From NCBI RefSeq assembly GCF_006345805.1, contig NC_043017.1, positions 19,096,001 to 19,160,000 on the forward strand: a DNA stretch of 64,000 nucleotides, read 5' to 3'. Positions 62,950 to 64,000 of this stretch are shown piece by piece (position 1 is the stretch's first letter; each line of letters begins with the position of its first letter). The stretch is from Octopus sinensis (taxonomy: Eukaryota). Made by a program: the position numbers and the translations under genes. The notes under the pieces are model-generated. The model saw only the letters and a list, made by a program, of their open reading frames with translations, made no database searches and had not been told where the DNA came from.

Positions 62950-64000
62950 GCATATATTTGTGTCTATGTTTGTCCCCCTCCACCATCACTTGACAACTGA
63001 TATTGGTGTTTGTGCCCTCATAATGTAGCGGTTCAGCAAAAGAGACCGATAGAATAAGTACCTGGCTTACAAAGAATAAGTCCTGGGGGCAATTTGTTTG
63101 ACTAAAACCCCTTAAGGTGGTGCTCCAGCATGGCTGCAGTCAAGTGACTGGAACAAGTAGAAGAATAAAGAATAGTAGATGTGTAACCAGTTTATTGCAC
63201 ATGAATTCATCATCATCGTTTAACGAAATAAGAAGGGAAGGTTACTTTTTACTTGTTTACCTTATGGAATAGTCAACCAAATATTTTTTATTAGGGTTGC
63301 GTGATTCTATGCAAGATTTATTACTAAAAAACCTAGCGTTACTTTTAAAAGGATGTAAAAATATAAGGGAAGCACAGTTACTTCCCTTGGACTGTTTATT
63401 TTTAGGCTTATAAAGTTAAATTTAACGTAAGGGGTATTAGCCATCTGAATGTGGCTAGCCACTGGGGGGGGGGGTTTACTGATGCTTTTAGCCCCAGGCG
63501 ATCAACGTCACCAGAAGGACTTTAGACACTATCTCAGTGCCCTTGTGTTATTTGCACAGAGATTTATTAAAGTTAAGTTTATTTTGATAGAATTAGGTGT
63601 TATTTAGATAATTAACCGTGTAAGCATTGGAATAAAAAAACACACTCCTTCGCTTTTTTCAAATGGTATCTACCCCTCACCTTACAATAATTTCTGCATA
63701 TTATCCTTTATTTTTTTCTTTATTATTTATCCTTACTTCCCATAGCCTTTATTCCTCCAGTCTTTCTTCCCATCCAATCTTGCCTGCTTGTCTCCCCTCT
63801 CTCTCTTTTTACTTTGTTTTATCCTTCCTCCGTCCCTATTTATCGATACTTTCCCCTCATCTCTTACCTTATGAAGTATATTTCCTTAACGGCCTTCAAT
63901 ACATGGCTCTCCATATATGTATATGCGCGTATATCTGGTTTTGTCCCTGTATGTATATATGTATACTACGTTACATATATGTGTGTATGTGCTTATCTAA

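Overview
AT-rich eukaryotic genomic DNA, most likely a coleoid cephalopod (octopus-like). This assignment is inferred from the SINE/RTE repertoire and the (TA)n/(CA)n load and was not database-checked. No rRNA, true tRNA gene, CRISPR array or prokaryotic system is visible. Most of the window is intronic or intergenic and tiled with mobile elements: a full-length RTE-clade LINE (58552-62590, minus) whose 8 frameshifts all coincide with 1-nt changes in short base runs, a 5'-truncated sister copy with an intact reading frame (5363-7330), CR1/L2, Tx1/L1 and CRE-like LINE remnants, several tRNA-derived SINE families, and Tc1/mariner, hAT, piggyBac-type, Helitron and Helentron-type elements. A CpG-rich putative bidirectional promoter lies near 11.8-12.3 kb. 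Short candidate exons of an unidentified plus-strand host gene are scattered over 12-55 kb, and a two-exon candidate lies on the minus strand near 33 kb. Most ORFs in the supplied track are microsatellite or SINE artefacts. The most notable observations are a PHD finger inside the RTE reverse transcriptase, a fold-back inverted duplication at an RTE 5' junction, MITEs with TTAGGG-like cores and CCAT-starting 8-bp target duplications, and a SINE tail resembling the Tx1 3' end.
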